From positions 73,682,761 through 73,746,760 of the forward strand of contig JASCQW010000072.1 in the NCBI GenBank assembly GCA_030264375.1: 64,000 bases of DNA. Reading direction: 5' to 3'. Positions 13,001 through 25,630 of the stretch are shown piece by piece. A program made the position numbers and the translations under genes. Each line of letters starts with the position of its first letter. Positions within the stretch are counted from its first letter, which is position 1. The stretch comes from Carcharhinus longimanus (lineage: Eukaryota). The notes beneath the pieces are model-generated. The model made no database searches, was not told the origin of the DNA, and saw only the letters and a list, made by a program, of their open reading frames with translations.

Positions 13001-13560
13001 TCACTGTGGGTGCTCCTACAAAACATGGACTGCAACAGTTCAAAAAGGCCCCTCACCATCACCTTCTCAAGGGCAATTAGGATTGCCGATAAATGCTGGC
13101 TTAGCCAGCAACATTAACATCCCATAACAAATAAAGAAAAAAAGGATAACTTGTCTCAATTTTATAATTTACCTCGAGCATCAGCAAACCAATCATTTCT
13201 GTTACTGTATCTGATTGGAGGTCTCCCGATTCAACAAGCTGCATGCAGTGTTTGTACACAAAAAGCCTCCGACAAACTCCTTCAGCCTGAAAACATGGGG
13301 AACCTATCAAGGGGAAACAAAAGGACAAGTTATACTCAATCATTGTTCCAACAAATTTCACTGAATTCATCATTTAGGATAAGCAAGGATAGGACTGCAG
13401 AAATCATACAATCCTTTTGGGGCTGGTACATGGCTTCAAATCTAGCTTTCTTAGTTGTTCTTAGTAAGCATCATTCAATCTTAAATTTGATAATATTCAC
13501 ATGGACTACTGGACATGATAAGCTTCTATACACTGGAATTTAGAAGAGCATGAGGTAACT

Positions 13561-13790
13561 TGATTTCCTGCGGGTGCTCTGGTTTTCTCCCACAGTCCAA
13601 AAATGTGTGGGTTAGGTTGATTGGCTATGCTAAAATTGCTCTTAGTATCCTGAGACGCGTAGGTTAGAGGGATTAGTGGGTAAATATGTAGGGACGTGGG
13701 GAGAGGGCCTGGGTGGGATTGTGGTCAGTGCGGGCTCAATGGGCCGAATGACCTCTCCCTGTACTGTGGGGTTTCTATGTAATTTTTTTT
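13561..13790 (+). mobile_element. HE1-type SINE, 5'-truncated
   Basis: V-domain core and 3' tail similar to 14059-14403. Confidence 0.75.
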
Positions 13791-14058
13791 CTATGTAAAA
13801 CCGTTAAGATCCTGAGGGGTCTTTACAGGATGGAGACAGAGATGATACTTCCTCTTGTGGGAGAATCTAGAACCCGGGATCATTGTTCAAAAATAAGGGG
13901 TCACTCATCTGAGACAGAGGAGGAATTTTTTTTTCTCTCAGTGAGTCATGAATCTTTGGGACACTTCTTCAAAGGACAATGGAAGCAAAATCTTTGAATA
14001 TTCTTAAGGCAGAGCTAAATAGATTCTTAACGAGGAGGTGGAGTTGAGATTACAATTA

Positions 14059-14403
14059 GGGGGGACGGCACGGTAGCACAGTGGTTAGCACTGCTACTTC
14101 ACAGCTCCAGGAACCTGGGTTCAATTCCCAGCTTGGGTCACTGTCTGTGTGGAGTTTGCACATCCCCCTGCGTGGGTTTCCTCGGGGTGCTCCGGTTTCC
14201 TGCCACAGTCCAAAGATGTGCAGGCTAGGTTGATTGGCCATGCTAAAAAAAATTGCCCTTAAGAGTCATGAGATGCAGAGGTTAGAGGGATTAGCGGGTA
14301 AATATGTAGGGATACGGGGGTAGATCCTGGGTGGGATTGTGGTCAGTGCAGACTCGATGGGCCGAATGGCCTCCTTCTGCACTGTAGGATTTCTATGATT
14401 CTA
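14059..14403 (+). mobile_element. HE1-type V-SINE, full length
   Basis: gggacggcacggtagcacagtggttagcactgct...gggttcaattccc (Pol III A/B boxes), V core gtgggtttcctc..gtgctccggtttcc, tail ctatgattcta. Confidence 0.9.
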
Positions 14404-15170
14404 GATCAGCCGTGATCTACTTGAGCTGTTTAAGGAGCCGAGTGGTCTACACCTGCTCTTAGTTCATGTGTTTGTATGTTCTTAACGGTAAGGTTGATCA
14501 CTATGTTTTTTTTCATTTATTTACTACCTAATCAATGTAAATACTGGTACTAAATCAGTAAGAGACATTTTCAGTTGTCATCAAAACTATATTAAAACAT
14601 TTATAGTGCTGAAAATGTGTCCCTAGTTTATTTCTGCACGCAAAACACTAACCACGTGCATTTATTCTAACCAAATACACGTGCTTGTGGAACATGGGAA
14701 TCTGTTGTATCTTTAAACTGGAAAGTAATGCATAAATATTATTTATCTTTGAGCATTCACCTTTAAAAATAGCTCTCACAAGCATCCCAATCTCCTTCCC
14801 TTTCAAAGCATGGCGTGTGATGACGGCACCAACCTGTAACAAAAGTAGTAACACACTTCAAATTGTATCTTCAGACCATTGACTAATCAAGCAAACAAAG
14901 AAGTTCAGGATGCAACAGACTTAATTTTATATAATCATATCATTCATAAATTTACTCCTGTCTCCACATTCCTTTACTGTAATTATATTCTTTAAAATTA
15001 AGCAAGAAAATAACTCACAGATGGAAACTTTTACAAGTATGTTTTGCTGCTTGTGAAATGCCCTCAAATGTTTTCAGAATTTAGGTAATACTGTGCTCAT
15101 AAAAGTTGGGAATGAGCAAGTCAGTGAAGTACTGGATAAAAGCAAATTACTGCAGATGCTGAAATCTGAA

Positions 15171-15367
15171 ACCAAAAGAGAAAATACTGGAAAATCTCAG
15201 CAGGTCTGGCAGCATCTGTAAGGAGAGAAAAGAGCTGACATTTCGAGTCCAGATGATCCCTTGACAAAGCTTTGACAAAGGGTCATCTGGACTCGAAACA
15301 TCAACTCTTTTCTCTCTTACAGATGTCCCCAGAGCTGCTGAGATTTTTCAGCATTTTCTCTTTTGGT
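15171..15367. repeat. ~197-nt imperfect palindrome of Penelope-like origin with degenerate hammerhead motifs
   Basis: Centre caaag|ctttg at 15269/15270; arms accaaaagagaaaatactggaaaatctcagcag / ctgctgagatttttcagcattttctcttttggt. Confidence 0.85.
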
Positions 15368-15963
15368 AATTGCTACCAAAATTCTAATATTGTGATGCAG
15401 TCATTCTGTTAAATTGGGATTTTCCTTACATAACACATTTTCCAGTTTCTGTATGTCTGATAAATAGTGCCTTTGTCCATCCAGTGTCAAAGATCTTTGA
15501 ATTGCACGGTTTCACCCAGTACTTGTGCACAAAATATGTTGTTCCATTTTATTACTTTGGGGAATTTCAGATTAATGCCTACTAATAGCTGCAGTGAATA
15601 TAATGAGCCAAGCAGTAAAGCACAGAGTTCCAATTTACGAACATTTGCCTCAAAGCAGGAAATAGTCATCTACCTTGAAATTTCCCCTGTTTTTTTAAAC
15701 TTGTTGACGAGATGTGAGTATTGCTGACAAGGCCAGCATTTATTGTCCACCCAAAATTGACCTTGAGACAGTGGTGGTGGTGGTGAACCATCTTTTTGAA
15801 TTGCTGCACTCCGTGTGTTGCAAGTACGCCCACAGTTCTGGATGGAGGGAATTCCAATGAGAACAAGGGAGCAGCGTTATAGTTCCAAATCATAATAGTA
15901 TATGACTTGGAGGGGAATTTGCAAGTGGTGGTGTTCCCATGTATCTGCTGCCTTTGTCCTTCT

Positions 15964-16269
15964 CATAGAATCATAGAATCCTACTGTGCAGAAGGAGGTC
16001 ATTTGGTCTATCTAGCCTGCACCGCCCACAGTCTCATCCAGGCCCTATTCCCATAACCCCATGCATTTACCCTAGCTAGTCCCCCTGACACAAAGGGGCA
16101 ATTTAACATTGTCAATCCGCCTAACCCGCACCGTGGGAGGAAACGGGAGCAGCTGGAGGAAACCCACGCAGACACAGGGAAAATGTGCAAACTCCACATA
16201 GACAGCAGCCCAAGTTGAGAATCGAACCCGGTCCTGGTGCTCTGAGTCAGCAGTGCCATCATGCTGCCC
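15964..16269 (-). mobile_element. HE1-type SINE inserted in a CR1-type LINE 3' end (15700-16440)
   Basis: catagaatcatagaatcc tail; gaatcgaacccgg head; LINE sequence continues on both sides. Confidence 0.85.
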
Positions 16270-17829
16270 AAGTGGTAGAGTTTGCAGGTTTGGAAGGTGG
16301 TTTTGAAGAGGCTTGGTGAGTTGCTGCAGTGCATCTAGTATACTGCTGACATTGTATTGTGGTGGTGGAGGAACTGAATGTCAATGATGTTGGTTGGTGA
16401 ACTCATCAAGTAGATTTCTTTAGCCTAGATGTTGGTGGGTGGTAAAACTGGGATTGGCATAATGATTTCCCCTCATGCACCCTTGCCTCTAGGTGTCATA
16501 CCTGTACTGTTGAACCTCAGAATCTGTGGTTCACTTCCATTAAATCCCAATATAATACGCAATGCTCATAAACCTGCACTGTTGCAACTAAATGCTCAGT
16601 CCAAGCTGTGTCTGCTCATGGCTTCATCAAACTTCAGAGCCAACCCACAATATTGAAAAGCTTTCAGTAATCCAACATTGTCCTGTCTAATTCCATTTTA
16701 GCTCAAATAGTCGCCTTGTGAACCAGCTGCAGCCAGAGGTGATGGATCAGGCTGCAGCTGGAGAAGGATGCAGCAGCAATGTTGGGATCAGGGTTCAGGT
16801 CAAGTCAGGAAATGTTCGGGGAATTAAAAGTCTTTCCTGTAGTAGAGAATCCTGCGTTTTAAATTAAATACCGGGCTGTATTTTATTTTAACCACGGGCG
16901 TTTTGTTTATACCTCAAACAATAAAGGTCACTGTTGAGAAAACCTCACAATGTTTAACTAATGTTTAGAATGTTTTAAATTCATTCTCCCACTGGGCCTG
17001 TCACTAATCCCTCCCCATCATACTAAAACCTCAAGCCCTATATCTTCTTATCACCGTTTTCTCCCTCATTGTCACCCTAACTCTCCTGTGCAATCTTCCA
17101 TCATCATCAGTGAACACCGAATTCTCCCTAATCACAACTCTCCTCTTTCTTCAGCCCCTCGCTTTCCTGCATTGTGCTGTCATTCAATCCAACTCCCACT
17201 TCATCCCACATTCTCCACGAATGGAAGAAATACTTAAGTTTTTGTTCAAGAGCACTTCACAGACAAAAGTGTGATCACTTTTACATAAGCTAACAAGGTG
17301 TCAATTTTCAGCCCAAAACATTTTCCACAAGTGAAATATGTGACCTTGCTGTCAGTTAGTGCAGGGTTATTGACCTTCTGTTAAATATGTGTCCCAACTT
17401 CCTGCCTCATAGCACATCCACTATGACTTGCTAACATAAACACAACTTCCTGCTTCAGGCAAATACTCAAGTACAAAATTCTACAAATGTTTTTGTTATA
17501 TTTGTACACAAAATCCATACAAATGTATTTCTTTTGTATAATATTACTGCATATGAATTACACATATACACACACTGTATTTACATAACAAGTNNNNNNN
17601 NNNGTATATAGCGATTTCAATGATACTATTTCAAATAGTTCACTTATAGTTAAATGAGCAACTCCTGTGTCCTTTATTCCTAAGCCTCTGTGTTTGAAAG
17701 AGCTTGGTTCAAGGTCCAGTCAAGAATTTATAAGTAAAAACTTAAAAATTTATTTAGTAGTCACAAGTAGGCTTACATTAACACTAATGAAGTTACTGTG
17801 AAAGTGTAACCTGAACTAGCATTTTACTG

Positions 17830-18175
17830 CAATAGTGTGGGAGTGCTGCATTATTGCAGGAGCCATTTTCTTTTAGATGAGACATTAAACCAGAACCTCA
17901 CTTGATTTTTCATTTGGACATGAAAGATGCTATGGCTCTATTTGAAGAACAGGCGAGTTCCTTTCGGTAATCTGACTAATATTTATCTGAACTAACATCA
18001 CCAAAATTAATTGATTGGCCATTATTCTCATTGGTATTTCTGGGATCTTGGTGTGGACAAACTGGCTGCCAAGTTTGCTGATACAATGGTGTCTAAACTT
18101 CAAAAATATTTATTGGCTATAAAATGCTCTGGGGCATTCTGAAGGTATGGGGGAGGTGATTATATAAATAAAAGT
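17830..18175 (+). mobile_element. Deu-domain SINE (SacSINE1/AmnSINE-like)
   Basis: gagtgctgcatt..gcaggagcc..ttagatgagacattaaacc..aaagatgctatggctctatttgaagaa..aatatttat; tail ..tatataaat. Reverse copies at ~24310-24460, 29240-29510, 32390-32750, 39720-39960. Confidence 0.65.
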
Positions 18176-18439
18176 AGTAATTCTACAAGTATATACATGT
18201 TTCAATTTTACAATTACACTTTATTTTCTATTCTATTAATTTAAGTTCTATCTAATTTCTCTTTGCTATTTCCTCCATTTTAGATGTTTTAATTTTAAAC
18301 CATTATACCTTATCACAATATCTGGAATATTCCATTACTAAAATGCTTTCTTCCTATTCTTTCATATTTTACATGCTGTACAGATATGCGCAAAATTGTA
18401 GAACCCAAGCCTGTAAAATATCAACCCCACGCTGTCACA

Positions 18440-18700
18440 GTGCTCGAATAAGAAATTTCTTCACCTAGACAGTGGTCAGCCCACAGAATTCACCACCACA
18501 GAAAGTGGTCGAGGCCAAAATATTGAATGTTTTCAAGAAGCAGTTAGATATAGGGTGAAGGGGGGGTGGAAATCAAAGGATATTGGGGGGAAGGTGGGAT
18601 CAGGCTATTGAGTTAGATGATCAGCCATGATCAGAATGAATGGTGGAGCAGGCTTGAAAGGCCAAATGGCCTCCTCCTGCTCCTTTTTTATATGTTTCTA
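18440..18700 (+). mobile_element. CR1/HER1 LINE 3' end
   Basis: agaaatttcttcacctag...gatcagccatgatc...ggcctcctcctgctcct. Confidence 0.8.
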
Positions 18701-19094
18701 AGACTGTTTAACTTATTCAGTTGCTATAAATCAATTGTTCTGAAATTTAACCAAAACAGTTAATTAAAAAACTGACTCACCATCAGCCAATCCACAGGAA
18801 GTCTGTTAGTAAAATACATATGTGTCCACAGACATTCTGGCCAATCTCACTTTACACGTCACACACTATTGAAAACAAGGTCTGGTACCGTTTACAAAGA
18901 TGTATGAAGGACAAAGGCACTGCCCACCCCAGTACACACAATACAGAGCTACAATATCTGCAGGTATCAAACCTGACCTCCCTACATATAAAGCCCCAGT
19001 TTTAATCTTCGACCTTTCAGGCAAGCAACATTTGAATTAACTCACCTGGTGTTTACTGAACATCAATTAGATTTAATACTTTTAAAGCAATTAC

Positions 19095-20808
19095 TTTTCC
19101 AAAATTATATTTTATTCAAAGAATTTGTCAAAGTACATTATATAACAATTCAAATTTGACATAAAGTGCAATATAGGACAGTTTATTTCAATACAGTACA
19201 TGAGGTACCTCATTACACTTTCCATTACAGGTTATATTTACATTTACATTCCATGTCAAACATTCTATAAACATACAGCCTGAGGGGTTTTGCACCATTT
19301 TCAGTGCCTCACTATGTTTGAGGTTGGGGGGAGGGGTTAAATTGTGGCTTTTCTCCATTGAGCCTTTGTGAAAGCTGCCCCAGACATCTTTGGGGGTGAT
19401 TTTGAGCCTGCCCTCTCCACCTGCAGGAATTGCAGCGCGTGATCAAAATCCAGAGAGTGCAATTCATACTGGCGAGTTTCTGAGTTCCAATCTTATCGAC
19501 CCCTCACCAGTGGCATGAAACATGTCGCAGAACTGCAGGAAGCTCATTTTAATACATTAGCTTGTCATTGGCAAGCACTCTCTGTAGGTCTTGCCCTCTC
19601 CTCACTGGATATTCAGCAAGTGCTGGAGTGATGTCACACCAACGCCATTTACAACAGGTCTACATAAGGCTGATCCTGGTGCCTTCACCTCTGAAGGGGG
19701 AATTCAGAAGTGTGCGCTCAGGCAGCCAGCACCCACTGCAGTGTGCACTGCTCAGGGGGCACCAGAAACACAGGTACGTTCAGCTTGAAATTGGGGTTCC
19801 AGAATCATCATTTCAGGGAATCACTTGCAGGCCTTACATTCTCTTCATGTGGGGAGTGGGGGGGAACCTAGCTTTAAAGGTATCGTGGAGGCTGATGTAC
19901 AGGCAGCGCTTCCTGTGTCCTCCATCCTGCCTTCCTGTTCATATCGCAGCTGAGGCTGTCTCCTGGAGTGGGGTAGAGTGTATCTTGCCTGCACTTCGTT
20001 CCACCCAGCATCCTTGTGAGGCCCCCCCCCCCCCCCCCCCCCCCCCCACCACCCCCCCCAAANNNNNNNNNNNNNNNNNNNNNNNNNNNNNNNNNNNNNN
20101 NNNNNNNNNNNNNNNNNNNNNNNNNNNNNNNNNNNNNNNNNNNNNNNNNNNNNNNNNNNNNNCCGCCGACCCTCCCCCCGAAAAGTGCAGTGCTGCCTTC
20201 TTGCCTGGCATCTCGTTGTGGAACAAGTGCTGGGGAGCGGCTGGTGAGCTGTTTATATGGAGTTCTCTAGTGCTGGCAGCAGTTAAGCCATTGCAGGGTG
20301 GATGAATCAGAGGCTACATGCCACTTAAACACTGTGAAACTTGTGGGCCTAAAAGTCATGAGGCATAAGATTCGGCCCAAAAAGCATGCCAGCACTGTCG
20401 GCAAGAAACACTATTTTTCGTGCCTAATCAGCACTCTGCCATTTTTTGGTAAGGTTTCACCCAGTTTGTCCCTCGGCACACAGTCCAGGATCTTGGAATG
20501 TGCCAGGCTGCGACATCCTGTCATCCATAGCTCTTTGCGATGGAAGAGCGGGAAGTTTCAGTAAGACCAAAGAGCATCTTCCTCCAAGTTGATGGTCTTC
20601 CAGCAGCAGTGGATCTTGGCGTATGTCACTGGGAACAGCCCATGGAGCAATTAGTCCTGGTTATGAAGCTGCTTCGAATGAACCTCAGAAAAAAACTACC
20701 ACATCTCTTTCCAAAACTCTTGATGCAAAGACACATTCCAGAAGGAGAGGGCAGTGACAATCTCATACCCACCACAGTTGGCTCAAAGGCAGGGCATGGA
20801 GCAGTGAG
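19095..20808 (-). mobile_element. Tx1/L1-like LINE 3' fragment interrupted by a Harbinger-type element (~19390-20463)
   Basis: Reverse-strand Tx1-like 3' end, similar to 60680-60880. The internal insert has ggggtgattttg...aaggtttcaccc TIR-like ends. Confidence 0.55.
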
Positions 20809-23800
20809 NNNNNNNNNNNNNNNNNNNNNNNNNNNNNNNNNNNNNNNNNNNNNNNNNNNNNNNNNNNNNNNNNNNNNNNNNNNNNNNNNNNNNNNNNNNN
20901 NNNNNNNNNNNNNNNNNNNNNNNNNNNNNNNNNNNNNNNNNNNNNNNNNNNNNNNNNNNNNNNNNNNNNNNNNNNNNNNNNNNNNNNNNNNNNNNNNNNN
21001 NNNNNNNNNNNNNNNNNNNNNNNNNNNNNNNNNNNNNNNNNNNNNNNNNNNNNNNNNNNNNNNNNNNNNNNNNNNNNNNNNNNNNNNNNNNNNNNNNNNN
21101 NNNNNNNNNNNNNNNNNNNNNNNNNNNNNNNNNNNNNNNNNNNNNNNNNNNNNNNNNNNNNNNNNNNNNNNNNNNNNNNNNNNNNNNNNNNNNNNNNNNN
21201 NNNNNNNNNNNNNNNNNNNNNNNNNNNNNNNNNNNNNNNNNNNNNNNNNNNNNNNNNNNNNNNNNNNNNNNNNNNNNNNNNNNNNNNNNNNNNNNNNNNN
21301 NNNNNNNNNNNNNNNNNNNNNNNNNNNNNNNNNNNNNNNNNNNNNNNNNNNNNNNNNNNNNNNNNNNNNNNNNNNNNNNNNNNNNNNNNNNNNNNNNNNN
21401 NNNNNNNNNNNNNNNNNNNNNNNNNNNNNNNNNNNNNNNNNNNNNNNNNNNNNNNNNNNNNNNNNNNNNNNNNNNNNNNNNNNNNNNNNNNNNNNNNNNN
21501 NNNNNNNNNNNNNNNNNNNNNNNNNNNNNNNNNNNNNNNNNNNNNNNNNNNNNNNNNNNNNNNNNNNNNNNNNNNNNNNNNNNNNNNNNNNNNNNNNNNN
21601 NNNNNNNNNNNNAATGGCGGGGCAGGCTCGAAGGGCTAGATGGCCTACTCCTGCTCCTATTTCTTATGTTCTTATGTTCTTATTGCCATCAGACTTTTAA
21701 TTGGACTTGCCTGACATTAGGTTGATCTTTTTCTACACCCTAGCTATGACTGTAACACTACATTCTGCATTCTCTTTTTTCCTTCTCTATGAACGGTAAG
21801 CTTTGTATAGTGTGCAAGAAACAATACTTTTCATCATACACTAATACATGTGACAATAAATCAAATCAAAGTTTGTTATGGGTGGGTATGGTAGTGATGG
21901 TGGTATGGATGGAATTGGGTTCACTGCTGCTGGATGCAGATAGGAGACAGCCACAGAGGCTGCCAAGTGTTGTGGTGGGCCTTGGTTCTCTGGGACTAAT
22001 TGTTTTGTGAAAATTTAGATCCTCCAGTCCTCACACCCCACATTATCCTCCCACCCACTCCCCATGTCACTCCCACACCTCTATGACAACTTAACGCAAA
22101 GTCATACCCCACCCACCATCATGGCCCCTTATAGCTCCATGCCAACCTAATGTCAACCCCCTTAGCACTTTCAGCCCTTACAATCATCAGGTAAATCCAT
22201 CCAGTATCCACCTTGGGCAGACAGGAGCCATTGAGCAGACATAGAAAGAAGGTCTAAAATATGTTATAGCTTTTACTATAATAAAAATACCTCTCCAATT
22301 CATGAAAGCTCATTCAGAACATTTAAATGCCCTCAAGTACTTCTTTCCTTCTAAAAATAAACAAACAGCTAGTCTTTTAATAACCTTTCTGAATTATCAG
22401 TCAAACTATGAACTAAGTACCCCGTTGGTGAGGTTAATATATGTTATGGAAAGCAACCAAAAACAGATAATGCTATAATGATAACCATTGTATACACGTT
22501 AACAAATGACTGCTATAACTGCTAGAACATTTTTTTCATTTTCACTGGCACAGGCAGCTTTTTATTAATTTTTAAAGAGCTGAGGATTTGAATAACTTCA
22601 CAGTTTGATAGTTCTGCACACCATATCTGTCTTGCTTGAGCATTTAAGAATTTGTGACTCCCACACTACAGGATTGTCCTTTCTGGTTTGAACTTGGCAC
22701 TGAGTTCAAACGTTCAAATGGTCTGAATGAGTTCAGATTTCCTTCTTGTGTGGGTCATGCCTTGCCCCTTTTCTCCTACCAGTAAAATGTGATTTGTTGG
22801 AAGTTGGGGAGGACATTCTGAATCTATTTTTAAAGTTTTGCAGAGTCTGCACAACCTTTGAAATATTCAGATCTCTCCCTCTCTCTCCTTTGTTCAAACA
22901 AGTTAACAAACTGTGGTTTTGAAATTTGAAATTTTTGACAAGTTAATTTATTTAGTTGACAGTTAAATGCAGACAAAGGAAGAATTCTGCGCACTAAAAG
23001 AGAATGTCCTGATTTTTGGCCAAGGCCAGATCAGGTGCATGATTAGTGAATGGACCACATATGATTTTATGTCTGGAATAATACCATTAATCAAGGTATT
23101 TGATAATGCCATTTTTATATCCAACAAAATTCAAAACCATTCAAGACATGGGAGAAGAAATCTGTTTGTGTAGCCGCAGACCATTCCTTCAAGGCATTCT
23201 TCTAAAATATTACTGCATAATATGTAACTGCTTACAAAGCTACCTGGCTCGGAGAATCAATGTGGTCCCTCTCTGAAACAATTTCTTCTACTCTGTGTTA
23301 GCATTATTCACAGAGCACTCATGAATGCCATGATTATTGATTTTCTTTCTTTCAAAGATTGACTACTTACACCAGCAAATGTAAATGTGTGGAAAACGGC
23401 ATTTTAAATTCTTGTGAACATACAGAACTGACAGACAGGAAAGACTCAGCTGTTCCATCAAGCCCATGATGAGGGTCATGGTCGGAAGATCAGGACTAAA
23501 CATTTCCCTTCATCTCAGCCTCCTTACATCTGTAGCCATAGTGTCTTTGGAGATGTAAGGAAATGCAAATGATATGGGAAAAATTATTCTGGAAATTCCC
23601 ACTCCTAGCCATCATTCATCAGTGATTAAACCACTCTAAGAGGTCACATGCACCAAAATTAGCGTTGCCAACTCCACACCCTTCATAGCGTCCTCAATCT
23701 TCTCAAACTGCGAAAAGTAATTGAAAAGCAATTGACCGCTTTTGAATTTCCATAACTCTGTACATTGCCAAAGGCTTTCTCTCTAGAGAAAACTGGCTCC

Positions 23801-24137
23801 CTAATCAGGTAAATCAGTTGTTGAAGAGGCAATCTTTCACAGTAGTCCATGTTGAAATACTAAAGAATCTGAAGAAATTTATTCTCTAGGGCATGTAATT
23901 GAGAAACACATGATTGTGGGTTTGGAGGACTGAATGAAAGGAACTTGCTTGTCAGGTCTGACCTGTGACCGTTTCTTCGACGTCTCTACTCTATGGGTTA
24001 TAACAGTGGCCTGGGGCTTTTTCCCCTTTTACACAGAGGTGTCCATGACATAAATGCATAATTGTTGGAGAATTCCAACGACTTGTTCAGAACAGATGTC
24101 TTGTTGATGAATTCTGCTTTGTTTTTGTGTTAAACAG

Positions 24138-24288
24138 GTACTGGTTGTGGTACACAACTAAAACATATGTTGATGGTATTGCTAAAAGAGTGTACGAACG
24201 CTTGCGGAAGTGGCAGGTCAATTTTTTGGCACTGCAGAGAAAGAAGGACCCAGAGCAAATTTTCCTGCAGTGCGTTCCCAAAAATAAG
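24138..24288 (+). CDS. PIDD1: PIDD1 exon (start of PIDD-CC/UPA region)
   Basis: taaacag|G...AATAAG|gtatg; (W)YWLWYTTKTYVDGIAKRVYERLRKWQVNFLALQRKKDPEQIFLQCVPKNK; phase 2/0. Confidence 0.96.
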
Positions 24289-25214
24289 GTATGCCTTTCT
24301 TACAGAAAGAAGAAAGAGTTGCACTTAAATAGCACCTTTCTTGCCTTAAGAGCATCCCAATGTGCTTTACAGCTAATGAAGTACTTGCGAAATATAGTCA
24401 CCGTTGCAATTGAAGTCACAGTGAGTGAGTTTAATCCACATACAGAGTGGATGAATCAGATCAGCAAAGGTAGTCTGTAAAATTAGGTTATTTAATGTAT
24501 TCAGTACATTTGCTTAGAGCAGTACGTTCTCTGGGATTCTCCGGCCGTTCACACCAGCAGGATTCTCTGGTCAGAATCTGGTGCACCAGATCCTCACCTT
24601 TGCTGGTAGTGGCAGCGGGACATGAACAGCCAGAGAATGCTGGCCTATGTCTCTGGAATGGGACTTCAACTCAGTCAGTTGAGCTATGGCTGACATCTTT
24701 TTACATTCTTCCTGAGAAGGATAATTGGCTGCTTTTGTCCAGCTTTGCAGACAGATATTAAATGCAGGCTAGGCCAGCATTTAATTCCAACTTCAATTCT
24801 CTTTTTGCACCAAGTGGTGCACTAAGACAGACTTTTGTCTGTTGCCATAGCTAGTAATTCCTGGAACAGGTCACTAGTCTGTTGTCGGAGGCTTAAAGGT
24901 TGGGAGGGTGCCACTCTGCATCAAGTGTGGCTGATCAGGAGTCTCTCCCACTCTTAATGCCTGCCATTGGCGTGTGTTGAAGGATTTTGCCGGTTGAAAC
25001 TCAATCTGTTTGGCTGCACTATGAATACACCTTCCTTGCCAGCAAGTCCTGGGGTGGGACTCAAACCCAGAGCTTCTGCTCAGAGGCAGGGACATTATGC
25101 ATTTGGCCACATGCATCATTTGGCCATCTGCAGCATTTAATGCTTGTCCATATTTCACAATGGTTGTGAGATTTTATTTGCTCATTTTTCTTAATGTAAT
25201 CTTTTGTGGCTTAG

Positions 25215-25338
25215 GTTGAATATGTTCGCAATAAGTTGGAGCCCAGATATTGTGGCCCCGAGCCATCTGATATTGTCGAAATGTTTGAAGGGGAACAGTT
25301 TTTTGCTGGATTTGAAAAAGGGATTGAAATTGATTCAG
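25215..25338 (+). CDS. PIDD1: PIDD1 exon (UPA)
   Basis: gcttag|GTT...TCAG|gtaat; VEYVRNKLEPRYCGPEPSDIVEMFEGEQFFAGFEKGIEIDS(D); phase 0/1. Confidence 0.96.
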
Positions 25339-25399
25339 GTAATATCATGTGATGGATCGGTTCCGTTCAATGATGTGTGACCTTTCTGAGGTTTCCAGT

Positions 25400-25630
25400 A
25401 AAGTTAAAGTTTATTTATTAGTCACAAGTAAGACTTACATTAACACTGCAATGAAGTTACTGTGAAATTCCCCTAGTCGCCATACTTCGGCACCTGTTTG
25501 GGTCAATGCACATCTTTCAGACTGTGAGAGGAAACCCATGCAGACACGGGGAGAAAGTGCAAACTTCAGTCAGTCAGTGACCCAAGTCGGGAATTGAACC
25601 CGGGTCCCTGGCGCTGTGAGGCAGCAGCGT
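25400..25630 (-). mobile_element. HE1-related SINE variant with an alternative tail (ttaatgtaagcctacttgtgactaataaataaac)
   Basis: Head gaattgaacccgggtccctggcgctgtgaggcagc; same tail at 17740-17805, 58770-58850, 61460-61520. Confidence 0.8.

Noticed and set aside
14059-14140. tRNA genes at SINE heads
   Set aside because: The tRNA-like A/B boxes continue into the V-SINE body and LINE-derived tail, so these are SINEs.
20540-21700. Long ORFs spanning N runs (also 30295-30940 and 56950-57566)
   Set aside because: They are artefacts of assembly gaps translated as X.
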